NCBI GenBank assembly: GCA_013265495.1
Contig: MU061904.1
Span: 5,084,001-5,148,000 of the forward strand
From: Vicugna vicugna
Lineage: Eukaryota
DNA length: 64,000 nucleotides
Direction of reading: 5' to 3'
A program made the position numbers and the translations under genes. The notes under the pieces are model-generated. The model worked only from the letters and a program-made list of their open reading frames with translations. It had not been told where the DNA came from and did not search any database. This document shows positions 37,238 through 51,557 of the stretch, one piece after another (position 1 is the first letter of the stretch; every line of letters starts with the position of its first letter).

Positions 37238-37705
37238 ATATTAACAAGCCAACACCTGGAAGGTTCAAGCAGTAGAAAGCTATTGCCATCCAAACTGGAG
37301 AGTGAATTCACGTAAACAGCTCACTTTCTGTTACCTGGCTGAGAGGACTAAGAGAATGAAAAGGATGGAGGGCAAGAGACAAAAACAAGGCATCAATTTA
37401 AAGAACAGGCAAAGCAGGCTTGAGTAAGAGAGGTGGGGAGAGGTTTCCAGCCTGGAGACCCAAAGACAGAAGTATCCAAAGACAGGAAAAGGTCTTGAAA
37501 AGGCAATTGAGAGAGAAAGCAGAGAAGAAAGGAAAAGTGCAGATCATAATCTGCAAGACGCTTGAGCACAGATGAAGAAGAGAAGACCAGAAAGTAAAAA
37601 AAGATTGAGCAGAGAGGAAGGGACTGGAACACACTGTCCCAGGACTGTGCTCAGCTCTGTGGAACACAAAGATGGCCCTGTGCAGCAGGGGGACTGGGGA
37701 CTTAC

Positions 37706-37862
37706 CTCATGTGGAATGTAGTCAGGAGGCAGCTTGTTCAGCATATCTTCGGATAACCTGTACACAATGGCTTCCCGGGTCTCTCCCATGCCCCCTCCGC
37801 TCTCTTTGGGTTGAATGTTGGTAATTGTTTCAAGAACAGCAGAAGCAGTGTTACTCTGATAC
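37706..37862 (-). CDS. DNAH8: DNAH8 coding exon ((T)[24 protein letters not shown]...LPPDYIPHE)
   Basis: 157 nt; ctgtcag|G and GAG|gtaagt; IQPKESGGG dynein motif. Confidence 0.97.
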
Positions 37863-40800
37863 CTGACAGAGAGAGCAACTGTTCAGAACTAGCAGGGAAA
37901 TGCACCTTCAGAGATAATTATCAACACTAAGATGAAATGATGAATCACTTAAATCAAATCCAGCCCAAAATAAATAAAAAATAAAAAGGAAACTTTACCA
38001 GCAACATACAGGAATGAAAAAACTATAGAGGTCTACTCCACTGCCTCCTGTTGGGACATCGAGAACACCACAGAAGTGAAAGCTCTCCATCTTCAGGGAA
38101 AGAGAGTCCACCAGTGTCCATAACATCCAAAGCAGTGCTGTCCAGTCTTGCTCAGAGCTAACCGAAACACTGCATGCTGGACAAGCCCGCCTCCTTTCAT
38201 TCTCACCTGCTTCTGGACTGGTTGTAAGAAGCTACCATTAAATGATAATTTGTTAGATCAAAGAGCAGCACTCATATTTCTTCACTGAACTATAAATAAT
38301 TAAAATTTATTTGATCTTTTCTATCTCATTTTTTCACCTTTTCACGTGTTTTATGGTTTCCAAAGTGATCTGTTGGCATCTATCTACTCCACTTGTCTAG
38401 ATGCAGCAACAGTTCTTTAAAATTCACATATTCAATAAAGATTTACTATGTACCAGGCTCTGAGCTAGGTGCCAGTTACAGTTATGGTAGGTGACTTTCT
38501 CATGAATTCGTGTATCTACATTTTCATCGACTCCTGGGGCTGTGTCTTGAGTCAAACAAACCCCAAGTCTAGCTCATTGTTTTATTGCTCCTTTGCCCTC
38601 ACCTGACCTGTTTCCGGCCCCATTTCCTTTAACGGCATCAATGTTCGGGCCCAGGTGCCCACCCTACAGATTCAGAGAAGAGTGCCTCCTCCTGATGTCA
38701 TAGTCCCCAGCACTTCTTGGTTTCCAAGTCATTTCTAGCATCTACCTAGAAATTTCCGGCATCTTTATCCCCAGCACCTTCAGAATTGTCACAAACTCTT
38801 TCGCGTGATGCCCTGAATCTTTGAAAGCCAGTGCGCATTTGTATCAGTCTCCTGATCAGGTTAGCCCCACTTCAGGCCCCTCCCCCACCATGCTCTAGGC
38901 ACATCAGACTCGGTTCCCATGACAAATCCCACCTTTTAATATCTTCATGCCACTCCTTGAACTGTCCCTTCGTGGGTGTGCCCTAATGTGTGCCTTTTTT
39001 TCCCTCACCAAGCTGAAGGGTTTCGTTTATTTAACTGTTTGTATTTAAGGTGTACAACTCGATGATTGGATAGACATATACACACACATCCCTCCTGCTC
39101 ACTGTCTTCCTCTTTCCGTGCACTCCACCCTTCCTGCCCCTCTCCCCACACTGCAGTCACCCCCTCCCCACCTTCTCTCCAGCCTGAGAACTCCTGCACA
39201 TCCTTTAAGGCACAGCTCAGATGTGGCTCGTCTCACTAGTTTACTCTGATCCCTAAATTGGAATTTATTGCCTCTTTGCCTTTGTCCTTACAGCAATGTG
39301 TATAACACCTCCTGATTTTAGAGTTTACCTTGTCGTACTGTACAACTACTTCCCTAATAGATGAGGAGCTCCGGGGGCCAGGACTACGTCTCCCTAATCT
39401 CTGTGTCCCCAAGCTGGCTGGAGACTACGTTCTCAATAAATACTTGTTTACTGAATTGAGGCCAACTGGCTTGGATTTTATGAAACCTCAGATATAAAAG
39501 AGAGCAATTCTCCCATATTTAAAGGGCATGAAAATTTAATTATTTGTTTCTTCTTATGGTAAAAGTATAGTATATTATCATTACTATCTGGTTCCTGGCA
39601 TCTTCCCATAGACAAAGGGAAATATATGTGTATGTACTCCTCAAAACACAGGAGAATCGGATAGATACAATTTAAATATTAATATATTTAAACACAGAGC
39701 TTTAAAATTTAAAGAGAAGAAAATGACAGTAAATTTCCATTCATACTAAGAAACTCAGAGTTCATTCTTGCTACCTGTTCTAGCCACAAACAAAAAGGGG
39801 GAAAGACCCCGTATCTGGGACTCTCAGGAGCTCTCTCCGCTCACCTCCAGCTTGAATCCTCTCTGGAAACACGCTCTGCACCAGTGGCTGGGTGCCAACA
39901 GCACACACCAGTGCGGACACAACCCGCCCGCTCTTGGCTGGCCCTGGCCATGTTCACCAGCGCTCCAGGGAAGGACCGATGGGTTTCACCTAAGAAAGCA
40001 CTTTCATGGTGGGTGATTTTATTTTTTTATGAGGTGATCTGAAAATAGTCCTCAGGCTGTGGATGTGAAGATGAAGCCCTGACAAGCTGATCCATTTTGT
40101 GTAAGAGCTGGACAAGCTCTCCAGATCACGTCCCCACCACACCTTTTATTAGGCACAGAATGCTGGGGCTGTACAGGTTCCATTTCTTTTTCTACAAGGT
40201 AACTTCATGTTTTGCAAAGGTAGGTAAGGCAGAAGGCTAGTTAGCTAGCGGTAATGGAGAACTGTATCTCTATATGCCTCAAAGCCCAAGGGCTTTCAGG
40301 AAAACTATCCCCATAAATGCCCTGAGATGAAGAATAAGAAGTATAATAGTCCATGAGTTTGGTCTCAAGTTACTTCTAGAAGAAAATTTCTCTTTGGGGT
40401 AAATGTGAGAAGCAACTTGTAACTGATCTTGTAGCTTTGTGGTTTGGGGGAGATTTCTAGGTCATCTCCGTCAGGTGGTTGAGTCAGGGTCGTGGATAAT
40501 AGAAATGCAAAACAGCTGAAAAACAGAATGGTCTATAAAATAAACAACCATCTGAAGAGATACTGGTACACTATCACGTCCAAACCAGCCTAAATTTATA
40601 TACATCTTTGCACGTGAAATGTCAATGAACATAAATTGTTTAATAAAAATCTGAAACTCAAAAGTCATATCATTCTAAAAGGAATACAATTAAATTCATC
40701 CTGCATAGAAATGAGTATGAAAGATGTGTTAAGATATTGGATAAATTTCAAAAGGTAGAAAAGAATGCATAACTGCTAATGAGTGAAAGAGTGAAAATAA

Positions 40801-42169
40801 CTGTTTTTGACATTGAGGGTGTTGAATCTGCAGACTCCTTGGTACCTTATAAATCTAGACAATAAAATGTGAATAAACTATGCATTTTTATGGTTCCTGT
40901 CACCAAGGCATCTAAGGTCTTGGGAGAGATTTTCCTTATTTTACAGCATTTATTCAGCTGGATTTCCCCCACTACTTTAGGGATTCTGCTTTCTCAAGCA
41001 AGGATTGAGGAGAAAGACTCATGGCCCCCTTTCCCAAATTTCTCTCTTCCCTCAAATGCATGGATGCTAACTTCAGACTTAGAAGAGTTAGCAGATTTCG
41101 ATAAGCAGAGACATAGGGTTCTCCAACACAGTCCATTTACAGCCAGTAAGCCTACCCGGAAGCCAGGGTGCTGTTGTATGGGGTGGACAGTCAGGCGGGT
41201 TAGTAATTTAGGGTTCCTCTAGCCAGGGACATCCACACAGACTCAGCCAGTGAATCCTAGAGTCCACCCCTCCTCTGGCTAACTGTTGTCTCTGCACAAA
41301 TGCACTCAAACCTCTCACCTGGGCTCCAGTCCACATGATACACTCTCCCCACTCAGGTGCATCCCAATGTCTTTCCCAATTCAACACACCCAAACCCAAC
41401 TCTGCAATTCCCCCTCAAGTGCACTCCTGCTCCAACTCCTCCAACATCCCAGCTCCCAACCAGAAATAACAGGTAACCCTTTACTTCTTTTGTTTCACAC
41501 AGAGCTTGGAGTCACTTCTCAATGGAGTGGGAAGGGTGGCTGGGAGACCAGAGGTAGGTTTTAGCTGGGGAGCTTCGTCCACTATTGCTTACTGCCTTCT
41601 AGTGGCTGGTGGGGGAACAGCGAGCGGTTGGAGCGCAGCCCTCCAGAAGGTTGGCTCAATTACCAGGAAGAGGGAGGTTGGGGTTACAGTCACTACGTAT
41701 TTCAGAGACCAGAGAAGAGAAGAATCAAGTCTAGGACAAAGCTCACACAGGGACCGAGAAAACAACCAAATGTGGAGCTTCCGAACAGAGCCTACTGCCT
41801 GAGCAGGAGCCAGAAACGGGCCAGGGTCCCTGGAAAGCAGAGGAGGCTAGGGAAGACCCAAGGATGAAGGGGGAAGTGAAGAATGAAGAGAGAAGAGAGC
41901 GGGGCCACAGACCTTGCGGCCAGCTGGTTGCCTCCAGCAGAAACAAGCCTCCATTTGAGGCAGAGGCACAGCACGTTGTACCCGACCTCACTCAGTGTGA
42001 CGAGAGACTGCAAGGTCCTGACAGTCCACTCCAGCAGGCCTGCCAGTGATGGCACGGAAGCCTCTGTGCAGAGTTGGGAAGACAGACTTGACAGAAAACA
42101 AAGAAGGCTCGCCCTTGTGAGAGTGTGAGATGTCTCTAAGAACACCTTATTATCTAGTTGTGGCTTTTG

Positions 42170-42876
42170 AGCCGTGTTCATGTTTCACGTGTTTAAAACA
42201 ATCAGCAAAAATGAAAAAAAAAAAAAAACCCTAAAGTGTAATACAAACAAATGAATGTACCTATATATCACTTGGCAGCATAACCACACAGAAAAAACAG
42301 CCTGAGCGACTTGAACATAGTGCTCTGTCTACCCTCAGGGGGAAATATTCTGAGGACAAAAAGAACCGCAAAGAAATCTTCACCTCCACTTAGTACATTT
42401 GTTGTTGGTCGTGGTGCTGGTGGAGTAATCTAGCGCAAATGAGTCAACATACTGAAGTTGCTGGGAACCAGAGTGATCCTTATGGGAGAAAGGAGACAGC
42501 AACAGGGAAGGAGGGAGGACGAGGACAAGCCCTAATGCGTACAGTTGATACTGGAGTTACTAGTACTAGCTCATGGGGTTTTTAAAAGTACATGTTCCTG
42601 ACCTCTGTCCACTCAGAGGGTCTGCAAGCGCACGCGCGTGCACACACACACACACACACACACGGGGAGAGAGAGAGAGACAGACAGACAGAGAGAAATA
42701 GATGTGGTTATATTTGGCTATAGCTGTAGATATATAAATATACAGATATAAATATCAAACATGAAAAAGCAAATGGAACAAGATGTTCACAATTGGTGAA
42801 CCCGGGTGAAGGGCATATGGGTTTTCACTATACTTGTAGCTTTTCTGACAGCTTATAATAGTTCAAAATAAAAAGT
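42170..42876 (+). mobile_element. Old L1 (L1MC-like) 3' end with internal (CA)n(GA)n repeat
   Basis: aaacaaatgaatgtacctatatatc...gaggacaaaaagaaccgcaaagaaatctt...ttggtgaacccgggtgaagggcatatggg...caaaataaaaagt. Confidence 0.75.
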
Positions 42877-43284
42877 CAAGAGAGAAAAATAGTTTGTCTT
42901 TATTATTGCCTCCCATCTGGATTACAATTTGGTTGCCCTTCTCTGAACTTTTTCTAGCTCTGGTTTCTCTCTCTTGAGAGCTGGTGACCAAAACTGCCTG
43001 CGGTACTCCAGGCACAGGAATGCCATCCTTATAAGTCAGGGTGAGATGCTTTCACCTTTGTTCTATATACTCCTTGGTAGGATCCTGGAGTACCCACCAG
43101 GATCAGATTCTCTGGGTACCAGCTATCATGACTCCTTGGGTTCTGGCCAAGGATGGAATCAAAGTTTAGAGTCTTCCCATGTGAACCACTTCAATTACTA
43201 ATTTATAAGTGCATTAAAACTTATTAGCTATTTTTCTGCCCACTTGCATGAACTCATGAATCTTTCTATAAACCATCCTCATTA

Positions 43285-43930
43285 GAGGAGGATACTAGGA
43301 GAATTTAGTATTGCCGACACAGTCAACAAATATTCCCTGAGCATCAGACACTGTAGAGCACCGGAGGCACAGCAGTAAAAGTAGACAAAAGTTTCAGACA
43401 TAATGGAGCTTATGTTAACGATGGTAGATTGACGACTACAGATAAATAAGTAAAAACAGAGTATGTCAGCGCGTGACACAATCTATAGGAAGAAAGGAGG
43501 CGAGGAGGATGGAGTCAGGGATGAGGGCTGGTTGGGGAGTGACATGCAATTTTAAAATAAGGCAGCCACGGAAGGCATCAGTGAAAAGGTGACATTTAAA
43601 CAAAGACCAGAAGAGGTGGAAAGGTGAGCCACAATGATATCTAGGAGGAAGGATGTTCCAGGAAGTGCAGGTATCCTGTGGTGGGAGCCATCTGGCCTGA
43701 GTGACAGGAAGCTAGCGGAAGCTGGAGCTGAGTGGCACGAGTGAGGGAGAAGGCAGGAGGAGATCCGGCCAAGAGGCAGGAGGCAGATGGGCCTCATAGG
43801 TCACCTGTTGGTCATTGTCAGCCTGTGACCTGGACTTGGAGTGAGACAGGAGCTTTATCATTTCCTTCCAATGTGAGACAGACTGTTCTGGGCAGAGAGG
43901 TGACGTGGTTTGACTCACATTTCTAAAGTC
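43285..43930 (-). mobile_element. L2 LINE fragment
   Basis: agtcaacaaatattccctgagcatcagacactg...gaaaaggtgacatttaaacaaagaccagaag. Confidence 0.6.
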
Positions 43931-44950
43931 TTAGCTAAAGTGAAACTCCTCTGTGTGCTCTCTTTCAGATACTGTTTAAGTTGATTCTCAAACAGGTCTC
44001 AGAGGAAACCTTTTTATTTCTCCACTTCTTTCTTGCCTCCTGCTAACTTATGACAGCCTCTTCAGATAACAGCTAAAGCCACCACCACAGAGTCATTGTG
44101 GTTCTGTCACAGCGTCAGAAATGAGTGTTGGCCATCCGTGGGTCTCTGGGGTCCCATGCCCACGTCTTTGAAGATGAAAAGAGGTGTGGGAGAGATTAGA
44201 AGCCACGGAGAAGTGAGAATGAATGTGGGCGACAAAGAAGCCAGGAGGCCACGCCTTGTGCTGGGGTAGGGTGCAAGCTCAGGGTGGAGAGACAGTGCAG
44301 TGGGAGCAAACGGGACTCTGGGATGCCTGGTAAGGGCTGAAAACCAGAAGGTGGAAATGTCTGCGCCCATCGCAGAACTGTCAGAAGTGCCACAGCAGGT
44401 GGGTGACCAGCAGAGGGGCACAGGGTACTCCTCCCAGGCATCACAGCTTGGGGGCTGCCCCAGGACTCCTGTCGCTTCCATTTCCTGAAACCACTCTGCT
44501 GGACGTAACTTTGCGGTCTTAGGTTGATGAGCCAGAGTCATGACCACCCAGAGGAGGCTCTCAGCTGGGGCTTCGTGGAGCCCTCTCTGCAGAGGTGAGT
44601 GGTCTCCTTTTCAGGTACAGGTCTCTGGAGGGATGGGGGTGAGACCTCATCCAAAGAACGTGTTTGAGAAGGGGCATTTCTTATCTCTTCACTCACTGCC
44701 TCTTCCTGCCGTGGCCAGAGCAGGGGCCTCACCCTGAGCTGAGACCCCCAGCCTCTCCTCCTGGGCTCTGCATCTGTGTCCTGTGCTCCTGTGCTGGCTG
44801 CACTGTGCCCACCATGAACAGTTATTTACAGAAGGATGTAGGTGGGCAAGTAAGGGGAAAGGGGTGATAAAGGAGAGGATCAAGCAGAAATACAATTCCT
44901 CCTCCTCCTCTCTCTTCCCTTCTGGCCCTTTTAGATTCTGTTCATGACCA

Positions 44951-45104
44951 TTTTTTTTCGGAGGGGGGAGGTAATTAGGTATATATATGTGTGTGTGTGT
45001 ATATATGTACACAAACATATGTATGTTTTAATGGAAGTACTGGGGATTGAACCTAGGACCTCATGCATGCTAAGCATGCTCTACCACTGAGCTATACCCT
45101 CCCC
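44951..45104 (-). mobile_element. Camelid tRNA-derived SINE with an internal (TA)/(TG) microsatellite
   Basis: Minus strand GGGGAGGGTATAGCTCAGTGGTAGAGCATGCTTAGCATGCATGAGGTCCTAGGTTCAATCCCCAGTAC; atgaccatt on both flanks (44944, 45109) is a likely TSD. Confidence 0.9.
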
Positions 45105-45474
45105 AACTATGACCATTATTTTTAATGGAATTTTTGTGGTAAAAGGCAAAGAGCTGGGAGGCTACTGTCCTACCAGTGGAGAGCATCAATACCAATAATA
45201 CCAAGTGGTTTTATGACACGACAGAGGAGAAGGAATCGATGCATAAATTAGAGCTTTAACATTGTCATAAACTCCGGAGCATCAGGATTTAGTGATGGGA
45301 GAGCAGGCCAAGATATGACAAAACTGTAATTGGGAGACAGGAAGCAACACTATTTTTCACAGTAAAATAAAAAGAAGGGAAAGGAGACAGATTAAGAGAG
45401 AAAATGAAATGCATAGTCTTCGCCAGGCTGGGTTACAAACGATCCTTTCAAATTAAAAAATGCCAGGAACTTAC

Positions 45475-45635
45475 GTGATATCAGCATTAGGGTGAAGCCC
45501 AAAGACTTCGGGGTTATCTAGGGATGGCAATGACTGGATATATTCAAAATACTGGTCCAAGGTTTTGCACAAGGGGATTTTATATCCCGTATAAAAACAG
45601 AACGATGGTTCAAACATCTTCTCACTGAACCAGAC
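45475..45635 (-). CDS. DNAH8: DNAH8 coding exon ([21 protein letters not shown]...[14 protein letters not shown](T))
   Basis: 161 nt; catatag|GTC and AC|gtaagt; [13 protein letters not shown] dynein motif. Confidence 0.97.
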
Positions 45636-46669
45636 CTATATGGAAGAGAAAACAGGAGGAATAAAATTGATGAACGTCTAAATGAAAACCAAAAATTGCC
45701 ACTATCGAGGTGATGGGGTCTTCTTATTTCCATTTTAATTGCTTTTTATATTGGGTTTGAAAGTACCTCAACAAAACCACTATAATTATATATGTATTAA
45801 GTATAATTTTACATATATTAACAAAAGAGAGAGGCCACAACAAAAAAAAATAACAAACTTGGGTCTCTGTTTAACACCAAAGAAGATACTTGCTAAGGGT
45901 GAAGAGGAGAAAGCCAGCGTGCAAACCCACTATCTGCGCCATAATTTGATGACCTTAGAGCCCACTTTTGAAGAGGAGTGGGAAAGTACTGCAGAGCAGG
46001 TGAAGCAATAACTACACACAGGAGAGCATGACTGGCATTTTCACTGCCTCCTTTCTCCCCCAAACAGGGGCTCATGCTGGGCGGGTGCAGGGGCAGTGAG
46101 GCAGGGGGTGGCTATGCTCATGCTCAGCGTGGCTCTGAGTGCCATACACGACCAGGAAAACTTCTTGCAGACGTCTGGCCCCCAACCGAGCTGGAGCACT
46201 CCTTCTGTTAATTAAGTTATGTCCCTGGCCACCAAGCAAATATATCTAACCATCTTATTGTTTGCCTTAAGACATCCCTTTCTCATTCCATATGAATTGA
46301 TTACTTATAAGGTAACAGCAAGAGAACAAATGTATACTTGGTGTGCAGACTTATTCTGAAGAGGAAAAAAAAATAATGCTGAATGTCTGTGAGCCTGATT
46401 TGAGGCAACGACTTTATGTCAATTGGAGTGATTCTCTGAGTAGCGAGGGAAGTACTGGGATGATGGGAGGAGCAGAACTGCAGACAGGATGTCCGAGTCA
46501 CTCAGAGGACACCAAGTGAAAAGAGATGGGGATTGTGCCTTCCTTTGGGTGGTCACACTTTCTCTAGTGTCCTCCCTCCATTTCCTTCTTCCAGCTTAAT
46601 TTAGGTCCAGTGATTGCTCTGAAATACCCTGTGTACTGGTTCTCCCTTCCCTTACTCACTGCAGTTCTA

Positions 46670-47230
46670 CCCTATTCAACTCCTGTGCACCAGGCACTGC
46701 TCTGAGAACAGGAACAGAATGCAAAGATGAGACACACACAGTCCTTTCCTTCAAGGAGCTTGTGACCCAGTAGAGGGATAAGCCAATCACATAATAACCA
46801 CGATACAAAGTGCGCTAAGTTAAGAGCCAGAGGAAATAAAAATAAGCAAAGTTCCTACGGAGGCTTAAAGCAAGAAGAAAAAATAGCCAGATGGATGTCA
46901 GGTAAAGCTTTATCTAGGAGGTGATTTTGGAGATAAGCCTTGTAGGATAGGATTTTGTCAAAGGAACTTGCAACCGGGGAGACCCCACAAGCAAAGGCAT
47001 AGAATGATGCAAAACTGTGAGGCACATTGGGTAAGTGATGAAATCATTATATTTAAGAGGTAGGACAGGAAAGGTGAAGTGAGGTCATATTATGGATGCC
47101 TATGGATGTCAAGGTGAGGACTGGTGTTTAACTTAAGAAATGGGGAGCAGTTGAAAGTTATTAAAATACAGTGCTATGATTAGGGTCTTTATTTACAAAG
47201 ATTGGGTTTTTAGTGATGTGGATGACTAGG
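46670..47230 (-). mobile_element. L2 LINE fragment
   Basis: tattcaactcctgtgcaccaggcactgctctgag...ccttcaaggagcttgtgacccagtag. Confidence 0.6.
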
Positions 47231-49399
47231 AAGGCAAAGGCCATGGGGTCTTCAGCACACAGACAACAAATGATCACACTGAATTCTGTGTTGCCAGATG
47301 ACATATGTCTATAAAAGCAAAATGAAGTTTCTTCTTATTTTTCCATTACCTTATTTATATAAATACAAATAACTGGATTCGAAAACATAAAAACAGTTGA
47401 GTCTCACCGAATTTGGAAGACATTTTTGGAATAATTAAAATATAGAAGATGAAGTCTACATGGAATTACTTTGGGAGACTCTAGAAGGTAACCTACAAAG
47501 ATAAGCAGTCATCCTCCAAGGACAATGAATAAGGTTCTACAATCACTGGCTTTAAGGGAGACACACTGTAAGATGCTGAGAACAGAGAAAACAAACAGGG
47601 TTCAAAGATAAGCCCCAAACTGAAAGTTATAGGGACAGAGGATCCGATTTGAAGGCACTGCTTTACAATTGAAGTGATTTTCATTCAGGCAACTCTGGGC
47701 AACATGGTCAGGGCAAAGTGGCAGAGGCTGGAAGGTAAGACCGAGGCTGAGATTGACATAAGGCAGGATACGGGGCCCACGGTGCTTTTCTGCAGCCTTC
47801 CTCAAGAAGGTTTCTGCTGCCAAGTTCACACAGTGACTTCATGTCCAAACTCGCCTCTCTGGTTACTGAAGGGCCATCTGGAACAGGTCCAAGCTAGACA
47901 GAGGAATGAATGACTGAAGAGAATGAACAGGTGAGGCAGGAGGCTGGAGAGGGTGGAGGATGAAATGCAGATTCAGCGGGAATAAGGGAATGGTGCAGCT
48001 CAAAGCACTGAAGGTGGAGCAACTCTAAGGAAAGTGGGGAGGGGAAGGGGAGAAGAAGAGAGAAAAGAAGAGGGGGAGATGCAATAAGCCTGGGGGAGCT
48101 GTCTAGGGGTAAAAGAATAGAAAGACAGTGGGATTAACTTTTCATTTAGGGCAGTAATTGCTGAGAACAGAGCTCAGAGGAGCCAGAATCGGGTGGCATA
48201 AGAGAGAAACACCCAGGTGGAGAGGGAGCCGCTGTTACTCAGGAGCAGCCAACGCACTGGGGTCAGATGAGAACTCTGTGCTTCCAGACCAGAAGGGCCA
48301 CAGGACCAAGACGATCGTCCCGCCTTCCCCCAGGACAGACTCAGGCCCAGAGGATGGAGAATTCTAGGCTTCCAAGACGGGGGTTGGGGTCCGCTGACTA
48401 GTCTTATTGGGGTATACAGAAGAAGTCGAGGAGGAGGAGACACAGGTTAGGGTCAGGCGGAGGACCTGCCCAGCATGAGATCTGGAAGATGAAGCAGTCT
48501 GAGTGACAGATGCTTCTTCCTCTCCTCCCCTTTGCCCAGGCTCAGCCATCTGCCTTGAGCGACCAATTAACCACAGGCAGCTCTCAGCTCTGATCCAGAC
48601 AACAGGCTCTGGTAGGAGAGCAAAGAGGTCTCTTAGAAATTTCTTCCACTTTGCCAGCCAACGGCAGGGTTCTTGCCAATTCTGGGTAAGGCAGTTTCAA
48701 TAAAACAGACAAATTGACTAAGACAGTTGGCTAATTAGGACTTTTCTTGAATCCTACTTTTTAGAAAATGAGTTGAAGCATATATATGTTTTTTTAGAAG
48801 CTGATATAAAGGGTTGTAAAAAAATTATACCTAATTTTCAGGCTGTGCTCTGAGGTCAGTAAAAATTCAATCCAATCTATGCTATTTTAGACGACATTAA
48901 CCCGGGGCACATGAAATTCTCAATCTGCTGAGATTAAATTACGTGAATCATCCACAAATACGTATTGAGTGTACCCTAGGCACTGGAGAGACCTGGACGA
49001 CTTGTTTCTTATTTCAGTGGGTTTACAGTCTAGTGGAGGAGGCAGAACACATGTGTGAGGATTACAAATTCCCTCTCCCACTCATCAAGGCAACCTTCTC
49101 CAGTCTCTTCAAATGTCCCAAACTTGCCCTCCCCTCCTCTCAGCTGATGACCTGCATCCCCTCGGCCAGAGATGCTTCTAATTTCACTCTGAACACGGAG
49201 ACAGCCAGAAGAAAACGACCTCATCTTCCCCTGTCAAATCTACCAGTCTCTGTACCCACGTCCTTCTCCCATCACAAGGCATGGGCTGCCCTCCTCCTAT
49301 CAGCAGGAGAGGAGGACAATGTAAGGATGGTTTGCAAAACAACCAGCACACGGGTTTGGTAAATCTAAATCAGCACTGGCTGTAAAAACTATCAAAATG

Positions 49400-50850
49400 A
49401 GTAAGCGAGGTAAGGGATGAAAATAAGGTGGAACCAAAATGCCTAGAACAGTAATATGGAAGATGACGGTCAGAGGGCTCAGAATTAAACCCTGCAAGAT
49501 ATGGTTAAATTTAACTTAAGTAACTGTGTCAGAAACGTAAGGGCTAGAAATAGAGTACATAATTTTCAAGCCAGTAAAGAGAAGTAAAAATACACTGAAA
49601 AAAAAGAGAGCAAGAAAGATGGGGGGAAAAGGCCAAGAAAATTATGCTTAATGAAAACCACAAAGTAACATAGAAGAAATAAATCAAAACATAGCAGTAA
49701 TCTTAACAACAGTGAAATGATTAATTTGCTCATTAACATACAAAGACCACCCCCTAAATTGGATATTAAAAATTCTAGCTATTTACTATTTGTAAGAAAT
49801 AAATTTAAAACATAATGACAGAGAAAAGTTGAAGTAAAAGAAAAAGAAAGATGATATAGCAGGTATATTAAAATTAAGTATTTCTAATCATCAAAAGATC
49901 AATAAGAGAGTGAAAAGGCAAGGCATAGAAGAACGGAAAAAGTTATTTGCAGCCACATAATCAACAAAGAACTTGTATCCAGAATATGCAAGAAAATTCT
50001 TACACCACTTCCACCCCTCCTTTTTTTAAAATGGAGGTACTGGGGATTGAACCCAAGACCTCATGCATGCCAAGCACACACTCTGTCACTGAGCTATGCT
50101 CTTACTCTGTAAACCATTTTTTTTTCAAAAAAACAGCCCAAGAGAAATAGCAGCAAGAATATAAAGCAAGTCATAAACAAGAAAATAAAAACAGTAAATA
50201 AGCATGTGAGGGTGTCAAACTCCATTAGTATTTAGAGAACTAAAAATTAAAACCAAATTAAGATACCATTATACCCACTGGAATGGGTAACACTAAAGAG
50301 ACTAATATTCAGTGTTAGTGAGGATGTGGAGAAACAGGATATCTCATACCTCAATTTGGAAGCCAGATTGATGTGATCAACTAAAATAGGAAAAACACAA
50401 ACTCTGTAACTTAGCAATTCCATTCCTAATAGAAAGATATATTCATGTGTGCCAAGACATCTGTAAAAAAAAATGATCCCAGTAGCATCATTTATAATAG
50501 CTCCAAATGGCAACAATCCTAATTTCCACCAATACAATCCAGTGGAATACTATACAGTAAGGAAAATGAGTACATTGCTGCAACATGGATGATCCCCAAA
50601 ACATCATACTGAGAAAATGAAAGCAGACACAAAGAAAACACACTCTATGATCCCATTTATATAAAAGTTTAAGAGATGGCAAAATCAAACTACATTATAA
50701 GAAGTACATACCTAGATGGTAAAAGTATAGTGAGAAAGAAATAGTTTCTATAAAACTGGTTACACTGAGGGAATGAGAAACTGTGATGGAGAAGGGGCAT
50801 GCACGAGTCTTGGGGAGATGGAAACATTTTAAGCCTATTGAGGAATGTAT
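49400..50850 (+). mobile_element. Fragmented old L1 (ORF2 remnants plus L1ME-like 3' UTR)
   Basis: A-rich ORF2-like pieces (aacttgtatccagaatatgc) and 3' UTR motifs (gtgaggatgtggagaaacagga; agcatcatttataatagc; tatgatcccatttatataaaag). Confidence 0.75.
50018..50101 (-). mobile_element. Camelid tRNA-derived SINE inserted in L1
   Basis: ggaggtactggggattgaacccaagacctcatgcatgccaagcacacactctgtcactgagctat. Confidence 0.85.
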
Positions 50851-51455
50851 ATTGCTTCTTTAACACATAAAAATTTTAAGAGTAATTTGAGTCTAGTAGA
50901 TGTACTTATACTATTCATCCTTGCTGTGAAAGCCAGAATTACAAGAGATAATATTGTCTAGAAAATGTTTATCAATGTGATATGCAGGTCTCACTGGGCA
51001 CAGAGAAACAAATGAACACTTCATCAATTTTCAATTGTCTGTCCTAATGGAAAGAGATGAGAAAAGTCAACTTTCGGCTTATTCTCCAATCATTTATCTC
51101 GGGGCCCCAAAACACCATGAGACTTGCACTCAGAGGAAAAGCCAGAGATACTACACCTAGTGTTTTCGTAGACGAGGAGGTGGGGAGATACCATGGACAT
51201 GAGCAGCTAATCTATACAGGAGAGGATTCGTGGATCATTGACAGCTGACTTTTGCTCTGTTCTGGACCACAAGTAGATTGCTAGTTAGTTTGGGTTTGGT
51301 TTGGTCTGGTTGGCTGATTCTTTTCAGCATCTCTGTTCTAGATTTTTTTCCCCTTAAGTTTGGCTTACATATTACAAACCAAAAATATTCTTGTTTAATA
51401 GAAAGATGCAACAAGATGTGTCTCCATGCTTTTTTTTCTCTCTAAATTGACTTAC

Positions 51456-51557
51456 TCTAGCAAAGCAATTGAGCAGACGTTTATCAAAGTCATCGGTGAC
51501 TCTGCCTCCATATTGTACTTCTCCAATCATGTACCGAACAGTACTCCACGACACACC
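51456..51557 (-). CDS. DNAH8: DNAH8 coding exon ([34 protein letters not shown])
   Basis: 102 nt; aataaag|GGT and AGA|gtaagt; YGGRVTD motif of the AAA6 lid. Confidence 0.97.

Noticed and set aside
45030-45104. tRNA-Ala-like sequence with A and B boxes (also 15515-15587, 22500-22576, 50030-50101)
   Set aside because: Carries SINE tails and TSDs and occurs as diverged copies; these are tRNA-derived SINEs, not tRNA genes
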